Assembly: GCA_028023455.1 (NCBI GenBank)
Contig: JAQFVV010000003.1
Coordinates: 5,270,001-5,334,000 of the forward strand
Origin: Epiperipatus broadwayi
Taxonomy: Eukaryota; Animalia; Onychophora
DNA length: 64,000 nucleotides
Direction: 5' to 3'
Positions 39,833-52,877 of this stretch are shown here, in pieces. The notes under the pieces are model-generated. The model was not told the origin of the DNA, did no database searches, and was given only the letters and a program-made list of their open reading frames with translations. Made by a program: the position numbers and the translations under genes. How positions within the stretch are numbered: position 1 is the first letter of the stretch; each line of letters starts with the position of its first letter.

Positions 39833-41149
39833 TGCCACCAAACATGTATATATATATATATTAAGTAATCTCCAAACAATCTCTTTGATAAAATAAACTC
39901 TGATAAAATAATAAAAAATAATCTTAGTAGATAATAATGTTTTATCTATTGCAAAATTGAATATTTATAACAGTAATGAAGATGATAAAGGCTTTGTGGT
40001 ATGATGATGAATCTAAGTGGAACATAAAAAAATAATTTCATATAATTGAGGATTTTGTAAGTAAGCATAAAATTTGTTTTACTAATTGGTTTGTTGATCA
40101 ATAAATGATTTGCAGCTATTCTTAGCTGGAGAATATTTTTTTTTGGTGATCAGATGAATATTAATGCAATGACTGCAAAGCAAAAATATATTTGTAATAC
40201 GAGATGCCCCTCCCCCAACACTCGTGAGAAAACGGTCATGTTAGCTTGCATGTCCATGTTTTATTATTAATAATATTATTTTTGAAGACATCATGTAACT
40301 CTTAGGTTGCTTATCTCATCTGTCATAAATAAATCGTATTTTCTTAATCAGAAACTGAAAGAATGTCTGTGGATCGTGCCTATTTCCAACAAAAGAAAAA
40401 AGGAAAGGATCCTCCATAAGAGTGTAGAAGAGTGATGATAATCATGCTTAACTAATGTATTGGTTGTATTACAATATTTGGTCTAAAATTTTAAAAAATA
40501 TTCTATCACTGTTGATGGTCTACTGTTTTAAACTTTTGCACAATGTAAGGAATTATTAACAAATATTTAGTTTAAACAGAAAAACCATTATAATTAAACT
40601 TTCCTATGTCCTAGCCAAACCAATGGAATCTTATGCATTGATTATATTATAATTAGGACTAAGATCTGCTTGTATATGCAACTATTCCAAATTTACGTGA
40701 GTTAAGCAGGTAAAGTTATAATTAAACTATCCAACAGAAAATAATTCACACACACACCAGTGGAGAATTATTAGTCTTTCTTCTGTTTGCATTGGCATGT
40801 GATTGGTATTTTGTTTTGAGGTTTTAGAATTTAATTTGGCTAAAGCTAGTCTTATTAATATATAGCAGTTAATTTGGTATTATTGTTTGCCATCAGACTC
40901 CTTATTTCATTTTTCTGAGCCATAATATGCCCACTAGTTCACTTATAGTGTATCTTAAAGTTATCAATGAGTAGTTATGGAGCCCTTTAGCATGAAGAAA
41001 TTACAAAACTCCAACAATGAAAAAAAAAAGTAAATAATGGACAACAGAATGCAGTCACAGTACACACATGGGTGGGCAATTTGGAAAATGTCTAAATGCA
41101 TTAGCAGGATCTTTCAGCACTCCATTATCAGATTTTCAATGATATTGAT

Positions 41150-41400
41150 GGCTGAAGAGTTGGAGAGTGGAGAGGATTGAAGCCTATCCATTAAAGTTTG
41201 AAGATTTTCTATTTTAATATAAACTTATCACTGATTATATATGTGTGTGAGAAATGATCTGGATCAACAGATGAGTGCTGGTACAGCATGTATTAAATAT
41301 ATTTATCATTTATCTTTTTCACATGTGTGTTCATGTGTATCGATTGTATGAGATAGAGTGGATAGGTAAAGGGAGCTTGAAAGTCTGTGTTCAAATCCTT
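41150..41400 (+). mobile_element. Dispersed copy of the hammerhead-bearing ~250-bp repeat
   Basis: Colinear with revcomp of 24745-24992. Degenerate core GATCTGGATCAACAGATGAGTGCTGGTACAGCAT at 41256-41289. Confidence 0.75.
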
Positions 41401-44282
41401 TATATAATTATATCAAAAACTCCAGGTATATAAACTATACTTGTATTCAATCAAACTAATTTGTAAATTTTATAGATCATGGCATGTGTGCACGCATATT
41501 TACATATATGCATAGCATTTAATTATGTCTATTTAAAGAAAAAATTGGTTTATAGATTTAATAATATCTACAAAATATTTTTATATCCTAAGACATATTG
41601 TATTGTATGACATGAAATGCTGCATACTGAAATAGAATAGTAATAATCGGAATGGTTATAATGAAGAAGAAGCAAGAGAAATAAATACGTGGTTTATTAA
41701 AGATGTATTGTATTTTATGACATTTCAAATCTGTCTTTGTAAAGAAGCTTAACAAAATAAGTTGTTTTTTTCGTGTGATAAATTTGGTGATTAGTCCAGA
41801 TATTTTTATTAAAAATTATATAAAAGTAAAATTAGATAGGCTAGAAAAAGAATTTTGAAAATTAGTTATAATTTTCTCTTTTTTTCCACCTCTCATAAAT
41901 TTAAATAGTTTTATAATTATTTGGAAAACAAATATTACTACAAATATGAATGTGAAACACATATGTTTTGTATTGAATTAGAATTTAAGATAAAGATGTT
42001 TTGGAAAATATTCCAATATAAATTAATCCAGAGATAATTAATTTGTTTTGTTATTGCTAACAAAAAAGAGAATGGGGAATTCAATGTGATAAACATGTTA
42101 TCAAAGAAAAATAAAAAATATCATTAAAGGTATATATGATGATGTTATTATAGAGCTAAAATATAAATAGTTTTCAGAGCAACAATAGAATGAGTCCTGA
42201 ATAAAAAAAAGACAGCAATGTGGACTGATTCCAGTAAGAAAGAAAACAAAATAATGGAAATGAAGTAAAATGATGTTATCAGCAATAAAGCAGAAAAAAT
42301 GAAAGATTATAAACAGTCTGAAAAATAAGTCTAAACCAACAATAGTTGTAACTTTACATCTAGTAGAAAAGAGAAACTGCCAGTTAAAATATTTTTTTTA
42401 TAGATCCCTTCTTGTAAAATAGCATTATTTATATTGTTGATTAATGTTTGGCTGTTTAAAATTATTTTTCAATACTAAATCTAATGTAGCAATTATAACA
42501 ACATTTGCTACTAGGAAATTATCTTCTAGGTATTTTTAAACTATGTTGTTTTGTCCAGATATTAACAATAATTTTCAATAGGATACAACTTTACTTGCTT
42601 ACAAGAAGAAAATTATGCAGTAAGAAAAGATGGGGATACTGTAAAACCTAGCATGCATTGTAATGAAAATCATTTCCTTTGTCTACATCATCAATGACCA
42701 AGAAAGTTAATTGAAATACAGAATGACTAATTTTGTACAGACTATTATCTAAAGTATCTACATTGGTAGACTTTAAGCTTATGATATTAACAAAATCATG
42801 ATAAAAACATTATATGAGTAAGATTTTTTTTATATTCAAATATAAGCCTTAGTATCATTATTAATATGAATTTGAGTACATTTATTCATAATTATATTTT
42901 AAACTTTTATTCATGACTATTTGTCAGTTTTAAATATTTTTTGTATATATCAATTTAATTCTATTACTATATTAGACATGTATGAATATTTAAAATATTT
43001 GCAAGTATATAAGCAAAAAATTATTTATTTATTTTATGATTATCATAAATATTATGTTTTTTTGTTATCAAGTATAGTTATTTTGCTGTTTGAAGTCATC
43101 TCAAATATATATAGTTAATATACTAGTAAACCTGAGAAGTCATGCAATTCACTAAGAGACATGCTAGGGTAATCAACATATGTCAAGATGCTGATGATAA
43201 TGATTTATCCAGAAGTATCCTTTCTATAATGAAAACGACACCCAAGGCTAGTTTAATTAAACTTTTAAAATAAGGGGGGGGGGTTTAAATGATTAGGCTT
43301 ACATGTTATTTGAATGATCATTACTTTAGTAATTGTTATACTAAGTATATACCACTATATTTTGGTATTGATTATAGCCATCACAATATATATATATTAA
43401 TGGAAATAAAATGAAGATTATTCAGACATAAGACAAAAAAAACAATTGTTCTCTGGCTTAGATAATAAATTGCGAAAAAAAAAACAAAAAAAAAACAATA
43501 CTTTTAAAAAGCAAATTCTTAATTTCATCAGGAAAGTAGAATATTTATAAGAATAGTTATAAGATATCAGTCTGAAGTAAGATGAAAAGAAGAATAAGAC
43601 AAAAAAGAGAGAAAAAATAATGAGAAAATAAAAAGAAAATTTTAAAAAAAACATGAGAAAAGTGGAAGAAAACAAATAAAGAAAAATATAAAAATGAAAA
43701 AAAGCATAGAAAAAAAGAAGCAGAAAAATAGAAAATAAATTAGAATAATTTTTGTTTTAAAATTTTCATTTTTAGGTATTTTAAAAATAATATATAATTT
43801 TTTAAATTTTATATTCTTTTTATTTCTGAGAAAATTTTTATCACTATTCCTAAAAAACATTTAAAACTTCTTAAGATTTTAGATATCTAAATAATATTCT
43901 GAAATATTTTTTTTTGGACTGCTGGTAAAAATAACAAAATGGTTTTTGTAATTTTTTAATTTTTTCTGAACTTAAAATAGATTATTGATTTAAAAAAAGA
44001 TTAAAGAACTTTTTCTTTCTATTGAAATATGTACATTTAAGACAGAAAACAGACAGCTTTCACCTTTATAACCCATTAGACTGAGGATGTAAATTAAGTT
44101 ATTGCTTTCATCAGTAATTTCGTCAGATAGCAGGGCAGATGTTTTACATCCGACGATTCATACAACTTAAGACGTATTTCTTGCTCTCTGCATTTTAAAG
44201 TTCCAAAACAGTACTATTTATGGAAATAAAAAATTACAAATTATATTTTTCAAAATTTTTATTTAGTTTATTTATGTGATAG

Positions 44283-44383
44283 TTTTTTTTTTTTTTCATG
44301 TGTCAGAGCATTGGCCGAGAAGCGAACCGGGACAACTGCTCGTAAGGCAGCTGTGCTAACTACTCGGCCACCAACGCTTGACA
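44283..44383 (-). mobile_element. tRNA-Gly-derived SINE, copy 4 (subfamily TAC)
   Basis: Revcomp TGTCAAGCGTTGGTGGCCGAGTAGTTAGCACAGCTGCCTTACGAGCAGTTGTCCCGGTTCGCTTCTCGGCCAATGCTCTGACACATG followed by a 14-A tail. Confidence 0.85.
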
Positions 44384-47300
44384 TAAGGACTTATATCATA
44401 AACATTTAATTTAGTATGGCATATTTGTCTTCATATTCAAAAACGATTAAAGCTTAGGGTTTAGTTTTTTTATAACACGCTTTCTTGAAATTTCATTCGT
44501 CCAGATCTTTTTTAAAATGTATTAAATAAATGTTATATATTTCTTAATGTTTTCCTGTAGTAAGTTTCTCTATCTTTTAAATATTATTTATATAATCAGT
44601 AATATAATCAACAGAAATGTTTTTTTTTTAAAAAAAATTGTGATTAAAATTTCTTTTCATACTTTTTCTTATCCCAATTGCTATTTTGTATTTTTTTAAA
44701 AATTAAAATATCGATTTATTAGACTAAATGAAGGTTTTATAATTGTGGGAAATCATATTTATTAATTTATTTAAAAATTAATACATATAATAACAATTTA
44801 TGTGTCATGTATCAAATTTGGAAATAAAGTAAGTAAAATCTTAAATGAAATAAGATTTAAGCCTATTCTAATTTGTGGTTAGTGGTGTTGGGATTTGATG
44901 CAGCTGATGATAGGAATTACCCAAAATTGATTTTATGAGCTTCATAATGTAATAGTTCAGAATTTGGTTTCTTTATATAATGTTATATTAGTTAAATAAT
45001 AAACTAGAGAAATATGGAAGTTGTCTAATAAAAGTTACTTAATCATTTGGCTGATAATCTCTAAAACTTTACATATTTGCATTTATTTACAATGTTTGCT
45101 ATTAATGATTAGAATCCATTTTCAAGTTTTAGTTTAAAGAAATTTTAAATAACATATGAGTGTTTGTGAATTATTAGTTATAACTATAATAATAAGAAAC
45201 TATTGGGGATGAAACAAATGCAAAGAAAATGTATATTTTTAACAAATAAAAGTTAATAAGGCACGATCTAATAATGTTGAACAGAATTGAAAGAATAGTA
45301 GCATGCTTTGTCTTATAAAATAACGTTTATATACAAATCTATTGATTTTTTTTATTTCTTATTGTTTATAATTTGATTATATTTTCATTTCAAAATATGT
45401 AGATATCATTTTTGTTTTAATTTTATTGAATTTTTTCAACTTTTTAAAGAAAATTAGTCAAGTATAATTTAAATGACTTCACAAACTAAAGAAGTTAATC
45501 ACACCTCTTGTCAATACCTATCAAACCTGCAATTCTAATATCTTGTTGATTTTTTTTTTATATAATTATAAGTTCCAAGCTAACTTTTTAAAGAGTTTTG
45601 ATTATTTGAAATTATGATATGAAAATTATTAATTTTGCAATAATTATTATTTAATTATTTTTATAATAAGTATAATAAATATCTAATTTCTTTCATTTAG
45701 ACTTTATTTAATATAATATATTGTTTCTACATTTAATTTAATTTTATTTTTTTATATTTTTGATTGTTCAAAAGTTTTCATCAAGGTTACAAATATATTT
45801 AAACCCATATGACTACATAGAATCTAAAAATACACATAATTTCTTATTTTCATAAATATACTATTTATGTAGCACAAATTATGTAATATGAATAAGATGA
45901 CTAACCTTCATTCATGCACTTTTACAAATTTAAACTAATGCTCAAGGGTAAGGGCATGTAAATTCATAAAAGAGCATAATTGGAGGTTAGTTATCTTAAT
46001 TTTAATTCTTGTTTTAATAAATATAAAAAAATATTACATACATACTTCTATAAGGAAAGTAAATAAAATTAAGTATAAAAACAATATTTTGCATTGAATA
46101 AATTATAAATGAAAGAAGTTATTTATTATATTTTTAACAAAATCATTGCACATAAGATTATGAAGAATCTTTGTGTTTAGTCTACATGCTAAAGCAAAAC
46201 TTTATTATTGACATTTTACAAGTGATTTTTGCTTATTTGTAAAGTTAAAATTTTATTTTTTAGAGCATTTTTTTAATGTCTAAAATAAAAAATGTAAATA
46301 TGGAGACTGAAAGTAGAAAATAAAACTTATTGCATTTCAATGACCCAATCCCACCAAAAAATTTGAAAATAAAATACAATATACATGTGGTGAATTAATA
46401 CATATCATACAAAATAATAATTTATTTAATGTATTATGTTTGTTTGGAAATGTATATGCTTTAATTTAGTCAATATTAAAAAAATGTTGTTTGAAAAAAT
46501 CTCCTTTCATTCAAAATAAATAATAAAGATCTCACTATTGAGAACATTTTGTTTGGATTAAATATAAGTTCTGAAATGTCAGATATCAAACTTATGTCAA
46601 CATTTATCAAATGCAAGCTTACACTTTCACATTTTCTTAAAATTTAAACTAAAATCAAGTTATTCCAGGCATGTTACATGTGATTTCATTTAATGACTTT
46701 ACTTAATTAGTGATCCATTTTTTATCACAACTTTAGCAAGAAGTAAAACCTTCATATTCAAATATTAAGTAAGGGTATTATAACTTTTCTGTTAAGATTT
46801 AATCTTTTAAAAATATCATGCTGGAAGTTGTGGATCAATCAGACTTAACAATTACTTTAATTTTATATCTGTTCAGCTTAATAAGCATTATATGCATAAA
46901 TTGTGCGTCACTTCACTATTCATGATATATCTAATCTGAATATAATTTCCTTTTAACTTGCTATTTTTACAATCTTGGATCTTAAGAAAGAACTTATGAA
47001 AATAATATGTGAAATCTTAAATACATTGTGATGTGTGTGAAGTCTCTTGTGATTTCAAAACAATTTGATTAAAAAAACTCAAACACCTTAGAGACAAATT
47101 TATAGATAAAAAAAATTTAACAGCCCCTTTTTTTATAAATAGCTCACTGCAGGGCAAAAGCTTCCTGAAAAGCTTCTGTCACAGTCACAGTGAAGGAGAA
47201 AGCAGTGTTCATCAGTCTTACCAATTGTCAGGTAATGATTGTTTGAGTAGTTTTTCATCCTTGTTTAAAAGTTTCTAGATAAAAATAGCTAGATACACAC

Positions 47301-47552
47301 TTACCAACCAATGTTGGATGGTTTTAGGTTGGCTACAGATTTCTTCTTAAAAAGAGTTTAATTCCATACAGATTCAAACCTCAAGTTGTAAATATGGAAA
47401 CAGAAGTGCTACATCTACCATTAGACTTCCAAAAAAAATTTGCCTATTATCACATTGATGCCATTTTCAAAAAGAATAGAAAGATATATTTTATTGCATT
47501 TACAATGATTATATTACAAAATATCTCAATTTGTTTACAAATATATGATAAT

Positions 47553-48443
47553 GTTGTCCCATTGAAAAGCATTTGCAAGAACACAAACTGACGATTAGAA
47601 GAGAGAAAATAGGTGTGTCTAAGGTAGCAGACCATGTATGTTTCAATGAACCTTTTCTTCTCTAACCAATATTTTTGTATTTTCCAAAGTGAATATATGT
47701 TAATTGGTACAAACATGATCTGCTACCTTAGATATATATGTTTTCTCTCTTCTAATCATCAATTTGTGTTTTTGAAAATGCTTTTCAATGGGATGACTAG
47801 TCTCACCAATATACATCATTCCACATTCACATGGTCATCCCATGGAAAAGCATTTGAAAGAACACAAACTGATGATTAAAAGAGAGAAAACAGATGTGTC
47901 TAAGGTAGCAGACCATATATGTACCAATGAACATATGTTTAATCGGGAAAATACACAAATATTGGATAGAAAAAAAAAGGTACAAAAAAGAAAATTTAAA
48001 GAAGCTGCTCACATGACAATGGCAAAAAATCCCATATGTCAACCTAGTGTGACTATACATAATGTACGGAAACCACTAATCAACTTTGCTCTTAGAAAAA
48101 AGTGAAGTAATCAGGAGGAACCTCATAGATAAGTATATGAAATTTCTACTGACTTTTGCCTTTTGCAGAATGATCAGTTGGTTAGTGCGATATCTTAATA
48201 TTCAATACTCAAGAATCTAAGAGTCCATGTTCAATTCCCATGCTAGTAATATCACTGGTCAGGTCAACAATACCTGAAGAAGAGGGGGGAATAATACCTC
48301 ATGAAACATTGTACATATACTAACCTGTGTGCTATTATTAACAGTTGAATGTATTTGGAATATTTAAATAAAGTTAAATTTTTCTAAAGACATGCAATAC
48401 CCATATTAGTGGATGAAAATAGTCCAACATATAAAAACAACTA
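47553..48443. mobile_element. Penelope-like family B insertion with +/-/+ segments (47553-47650 plus, 47651-47833 minus, 47834-48443 plus pLTR)
   Basis: Minus 47833-47761 translates PCECGMMYIGETSHPIEKHFQKHK (the YIG half of GIY-YIG). ORF 47842-48105 is the GIY-YIG C-terminus (SKVADH...H.FN...TQILD...RKFKEA). Followed by a tRNA-like cassette and a hammerhead core. Confidence 0.85.
48271..48313 (+). ncRNA. Minimal PLE-type hammerhead ribozyme motif
   Basis: TAC-CTGAAGA-A-GAGG(...)CCTCAT-GAAA-CATT-GTA. Stem I TAC/GTA; the family consensus stem III is the palindrome AACGTT. Confidence 0.55.
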
Positions 48444-49479
48444 AAAAAACAGGTATCAACTAAAAAACTGATACCTGTTTTTTATTCTCTATATTTCAAA
48501 AGCAGTTCTATCCACGTAATCTAGAATTTCTTAATGCAAGACTTAGTAATTAATTAGTAAGGACTTGGGATTCAAAGTAGGAATTAGTGCAATTAGATAT
48601 ATATATATACAATGTCAAGCGCTTTAATTTACCACATCATTCAATTAATGAATTGAGAGATGTCAAGTTTTCTTCCACAAGGGAGAAAAATACAAAAGGA
48701 AAGTTTTTTAATTTTTTATTTAAGACGTACCTACAGAGAATAAATTTGACAATAGGCATTATATCATCTTTAAATCATCTAATTTCTTAATGCATTGTTC
48801 AAATTACTAGTTTTCTTGTGTGTGTATAAATATATGTTATTTTTTTACTTATTTATGTATTTTTCTACTAGACCTTGGATGGTATACATATACACATGTC
48901 TCATTACAATCAATATTTAATTGTTGTTTGTTGTTAATGGGTATACATTTTAATTTAAATTCTATACAATACTTATTCAGTGTGTATACACATTTTATTT
49001 TGATTTTATTTGAATTTTAATATGAGTACATACTAATGCTTGTATACATACACATACATTTGTTTATTTATACAGTTTATATATGTATTTTTATATACAT
49101 TTATGAAATAGGTCTAAAAACTTTTGTGAGGTTTGATAAGTAGTTAATGTAGTTTTTTGTAATGTATATCACAAAATATTAGCCATCGGGTGATTAATTT
49201 TCTTGTGTAAAATCTTTTAACCAATATGAGTTTTTTGTCGAATATGTTGCATAACTTGTAATTTTTGAACACTACCATTTTACTGTATTTCTTTCTGATG
49301 AATACCAGTCCTCTAGTTGAAATATTAAAAATAGCAGTTACATGTATAAGTAATTTTGCTTTTTACATCCTGTGTTTAGATATGCTATTCACCAATGCAT
49401 TTGCTTTTTGTCATTACAAAGTGACAAGTAATTGCACTTATCTATTTAATGTACACATTGTTTTCTTTCATAGCTTAAT

Positions 49480-50215
49480 TATTAATAAAATATCATAAAA
49501 GAACTAGTAGATTTTCAACTAGAGATAAATTCATTAGTGACCATTAAATCTTCCAATTCTACCACTTTAACTAAAGATTTGGCCATCGATTTGTGGTGAC
49601 CATATTTATATAGATCAGTGGTTAATAAATTTTATTTATAAAGCAGATGGGTACCTATAACTGTTATCCTGGATCAGTTGATGAGATTCCAGTTGGGTCT
49701 GGGAAAATAAAATCAGTTGCCTTTATTGTTGGATCTGGAAAAATAAATTTGTTTGGAATCTCAAAAGAATTTCATTTCTTATGGCATAATTCTTCAACTG
49801 TAGATTCTTTACTGAACTTCCAAAAAAAATTTTGATTTGAGTTGAGTCTTATGAGGTGAAACTGTATATTAGGTTATTGACAAGCCCAATCTCTTTAATA
49901 CTTTTTATATATTTTCTGTGAGACAATTTTTTTTCTGATATCTGGTGGAGGAATATGTGAAAGACCAGGAAGATGCTGCAAAATAAAATATTTGTATGTG
50001 CAAATAACATATATTAAATAATATTTAATTGAGTATCTATCTGAGGACCTTCTGTTGCAGAGTATAATTCTTTACTATTGCACCAAACTACATAGAGCAC
50101 CAGCAGAATATGATAATACTAAGAAAACTGTTCACATAGTATTTGCATCATATTCTCAAATATTACCAGCCAGTTTTCTGAGGTTTTTTCTAGAAATTGA
50201 TTTTGATATAAACTT
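49480..50215 (-). mobile_element. 3' fragment of a Vingi/Ingi-like LINE
   Basis: The minus strand gives LRKLAGNI*EYDANTM*TVFLVLSYSA (cf. RKLAGTTWGA..LRTSALAL.YS.AEY), HLPGLSHIPPPDIRKK (cf. WLPVLSNIAPP.IRR) and DPTIKATDFIFPRPNWNLIN (cf. DPT....GF.LPR..W..LNR). Confidence 0.75.
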
Positions 50216-50340
50216 AGATATATGAAGAAAATAGGCTACAATCCAAGCATAGAATAAATTTATGTTTAAGTTTATTATTGCAAAAGGCTATATTCTGATT
50301 GTGAGATGAATCTTTATCATTTTGAAAAGTGTTTCAGTCT

Positions 50341-50434
50341 TTTTTTTTATATGTTAAAGCATTGACAAGGAAGCGAACCTGGGTCAGATTGCTTGGAAGG
50401 CAGCTATGCTAACCACTAGCCACCAATGCTTGAT
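50341..50434 (-). mobile_element. tRNA-Gly-derived SINE, copy 5 (subfamily TCC)
   Basis: Revcomp aligns to copy 1 with anticodon loop CTTCCAA. TSD GTGTTTCA(G/T)TCT at 50329-50340 and 50435-50446. Confidence 0.85.
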
Positions 50435-51354
50435 GTGTTTCATTCTTTTCATATCCTCATTGAGATTTTTTTTTAATTTCAGAAAAGGTACTTTTTTCTG
50501 GAGAAGACAAACCATATTATCAATATAAATAAATTTTCTGTATTCTATATGTGGAAGATCATATATTAAATAAAATAGGTGAGAGAATTGAATCCTGTGA
50601 TAGAATATTCTGTAAAATTATGCACCTATTCTGATTCTCATTTAGTGTTATTAGAAATTTTCTACTGAAAAACATTTTGTCCAGTAAGTTAATGGTTTTT
50701 CCAAAATGAAAAATTTTAGAAACTTTTTTACAAGAAAACCATTTTTTTAAACATAATCATAAGTTGAGGTTAAATCAATAAAGATAATACCAATTTATAA
50801 TTTATTTTCAAAAGCTTTTCCAATGTGAGTTGTTAAGATAAAACTATAATTTGTTCATAGCAGTTATTCTAATAATAACATTATTAGCAATGATAGTAAT
50901 AATTCTTTTTAGGTGTTTTTACATCTACCAAACTTTCATAAAAATAATTAGGTCTTACAATTAATCTTGTAAGGTGTTGTTTTTATATAGTTTCTCTTCA
51001 CTTTTTGTTTCTAATACCATCCAATGATTTTATTTATTTGTAAAAAATTTCAGGAACTTTAGTAGATAAAAATTGGCCATGGAGAGCAATCAAAAGTAAA
51101 AATATCACTATTTATTATGTTTTCAGTTATTCATTATTAAAATAATAATAATTAAATAGAAAATAAAAATATTACAAACTAATTATTTAGTTCACAGTAC
51201 CATCACCACTATATAAAAAAATCACAAGCAAATAAATGACAATAATCTTTTTTATTAAAGTAATTTTAACACTTCTAATTTAATATTAATCATCTTTTTC
51301 TTGAACTAAACTTGGATGGAGTGCTATTGGTATAAATAACTTAATATTAAAAGA

Positions 51355-51795
51355 AAACATGCCCATGTGTGTGAAAAGAAAGATTTTAATAAATGTGTTT
51401 TACCAGTTCTTATAAATATGAGCTCACTTAACAGAAGAGCAAACAGAAACCTCAGATCATTCAATGAAGTATGGAGAGTAACAAGAAAGATTTGAAAATA
51501 AAATACATAGGTGAAAAACAGGTATTAATGACATTATTGAAAGTATTAAAAAGCTGAAGTGAAGTCAGGCTGGACATATTGTTAAAAGATTTGATAATAA
51601 GTGAACATTTAAATTGTTTAAACTGGATTGCAAAATAAAGTAAAAAAAACCTAGAAAGAGACCTCATATGAGATGGATGAATAAAATAAGACTGCTGGTT
51701 GTGAGGTAAGGAAAAGAAGCTAGACATCAGAGACTCTGAATTAAACTTAGAAGAACTTTCATTCTGCAATAGTTCAATAAGGGTTGAAAATGATC
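51355..51795 (+). mobile_element. RTE LINE 3' fragment
   Basis: CVLPVL (~51394), a K.K.*S.AGHI segment (cf. KWxWAGHI), RKRPHMRWMN (cf. RGRP..RW.D) and an RTE-like 3' end. Confidence 0.7.
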
Positions 51796-52877
51796 TTTTT
51801 CATTTCATCTCAATGAAAATTGAAAACTTTTTTTTACAGTGGAATCATGAATTATGGTGTATCTGATGACATCAATTCAATTTTATGCTATACAAAGAAA
51901 AATGTAAACAAATAAACTAAAATATAAACAAACAAAAAAATAGTAAAAATCACAAATTTTATGCTATTGGCAACTATTTTTCCTTCTCTGAGCAATGTAT
52001 GTGATTATATATATTAGTAAAATTTCTTCTGTTTATATTGAAAGTACATGTATATTATTATTATTTCCAAATTTAATGTGCTATATTTTGCATAATAAAT
52101 ATTTTCTGAGCATAATGACAAACATTTTACCAAATTGTAAAACATACTAAAAATTGATAATGATTTAAAATCACCAAGAAAAAAATTACTGAAAAAAAAA
52201 AGAATGTTGTCTAGAGTGTCCTTAATAGTTAGAAAATCAGATATTTTGCTATTTACTTTATTTTAAAAATAAAAATACAATATTTTTCTTTTTTATTCTT
52301 ATTGCTTCAGCATATGCAAGAGACAGCACATAATACACCCCCTCAATTTCTTATTATTTTTTGAAAAATTTTTGTATACTATAATCTTGATTTATATGCA
52401 TACTATATATATATAAAAAGCATTGTGTTATGTATGTGCATGTTAAAAAGTAATGTACTCTTGCAATTCAAAAAACAATATGTACTATATTTTAACCAAT
52501 GTTTATAACAAAATGTGAGCTATTATACACTATATATATTTATGTGAGAAGGGTTGGAACAAAATATAGTTTAGTTTGTGACTCTGTGGCCCTTTTTTAG
52601 TTTTAAAAGAAATACAAGAGTAAGATATTTTGCCTTTAGTTATTTCTAATTTCTATTTAAAAGAAAAAAGAAAAAATGGTAAAGATATTTAGTCATTGAG
52701 AATTCTGTCTTTTAATTTCTTTTATTTCATCTATTAAAATTTTAGAGTTTATTTTCAAATAATTTTTTTTATTAATATCTTAATGTTCATTATTTTAATA
52801 AAATAATATTATAGGGATGTATACATAAAATATGTACACACACATTATATTTTCCTGAAGGTTTGCAATGATGGCAT

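Noticed and set aside
43418-43860. Phe/Lys-rich ORFs from the ORF track
   Set aside because: Artefacts of an A-rich low-complexity tract.
49950-49990. Strong minus-strand splice acceptor suggesting a host exon
   Set aside because: The downstream sequence translates as Vingi/Ingi-like LINE protein, and the LINE similarity continues upstream of the AG.
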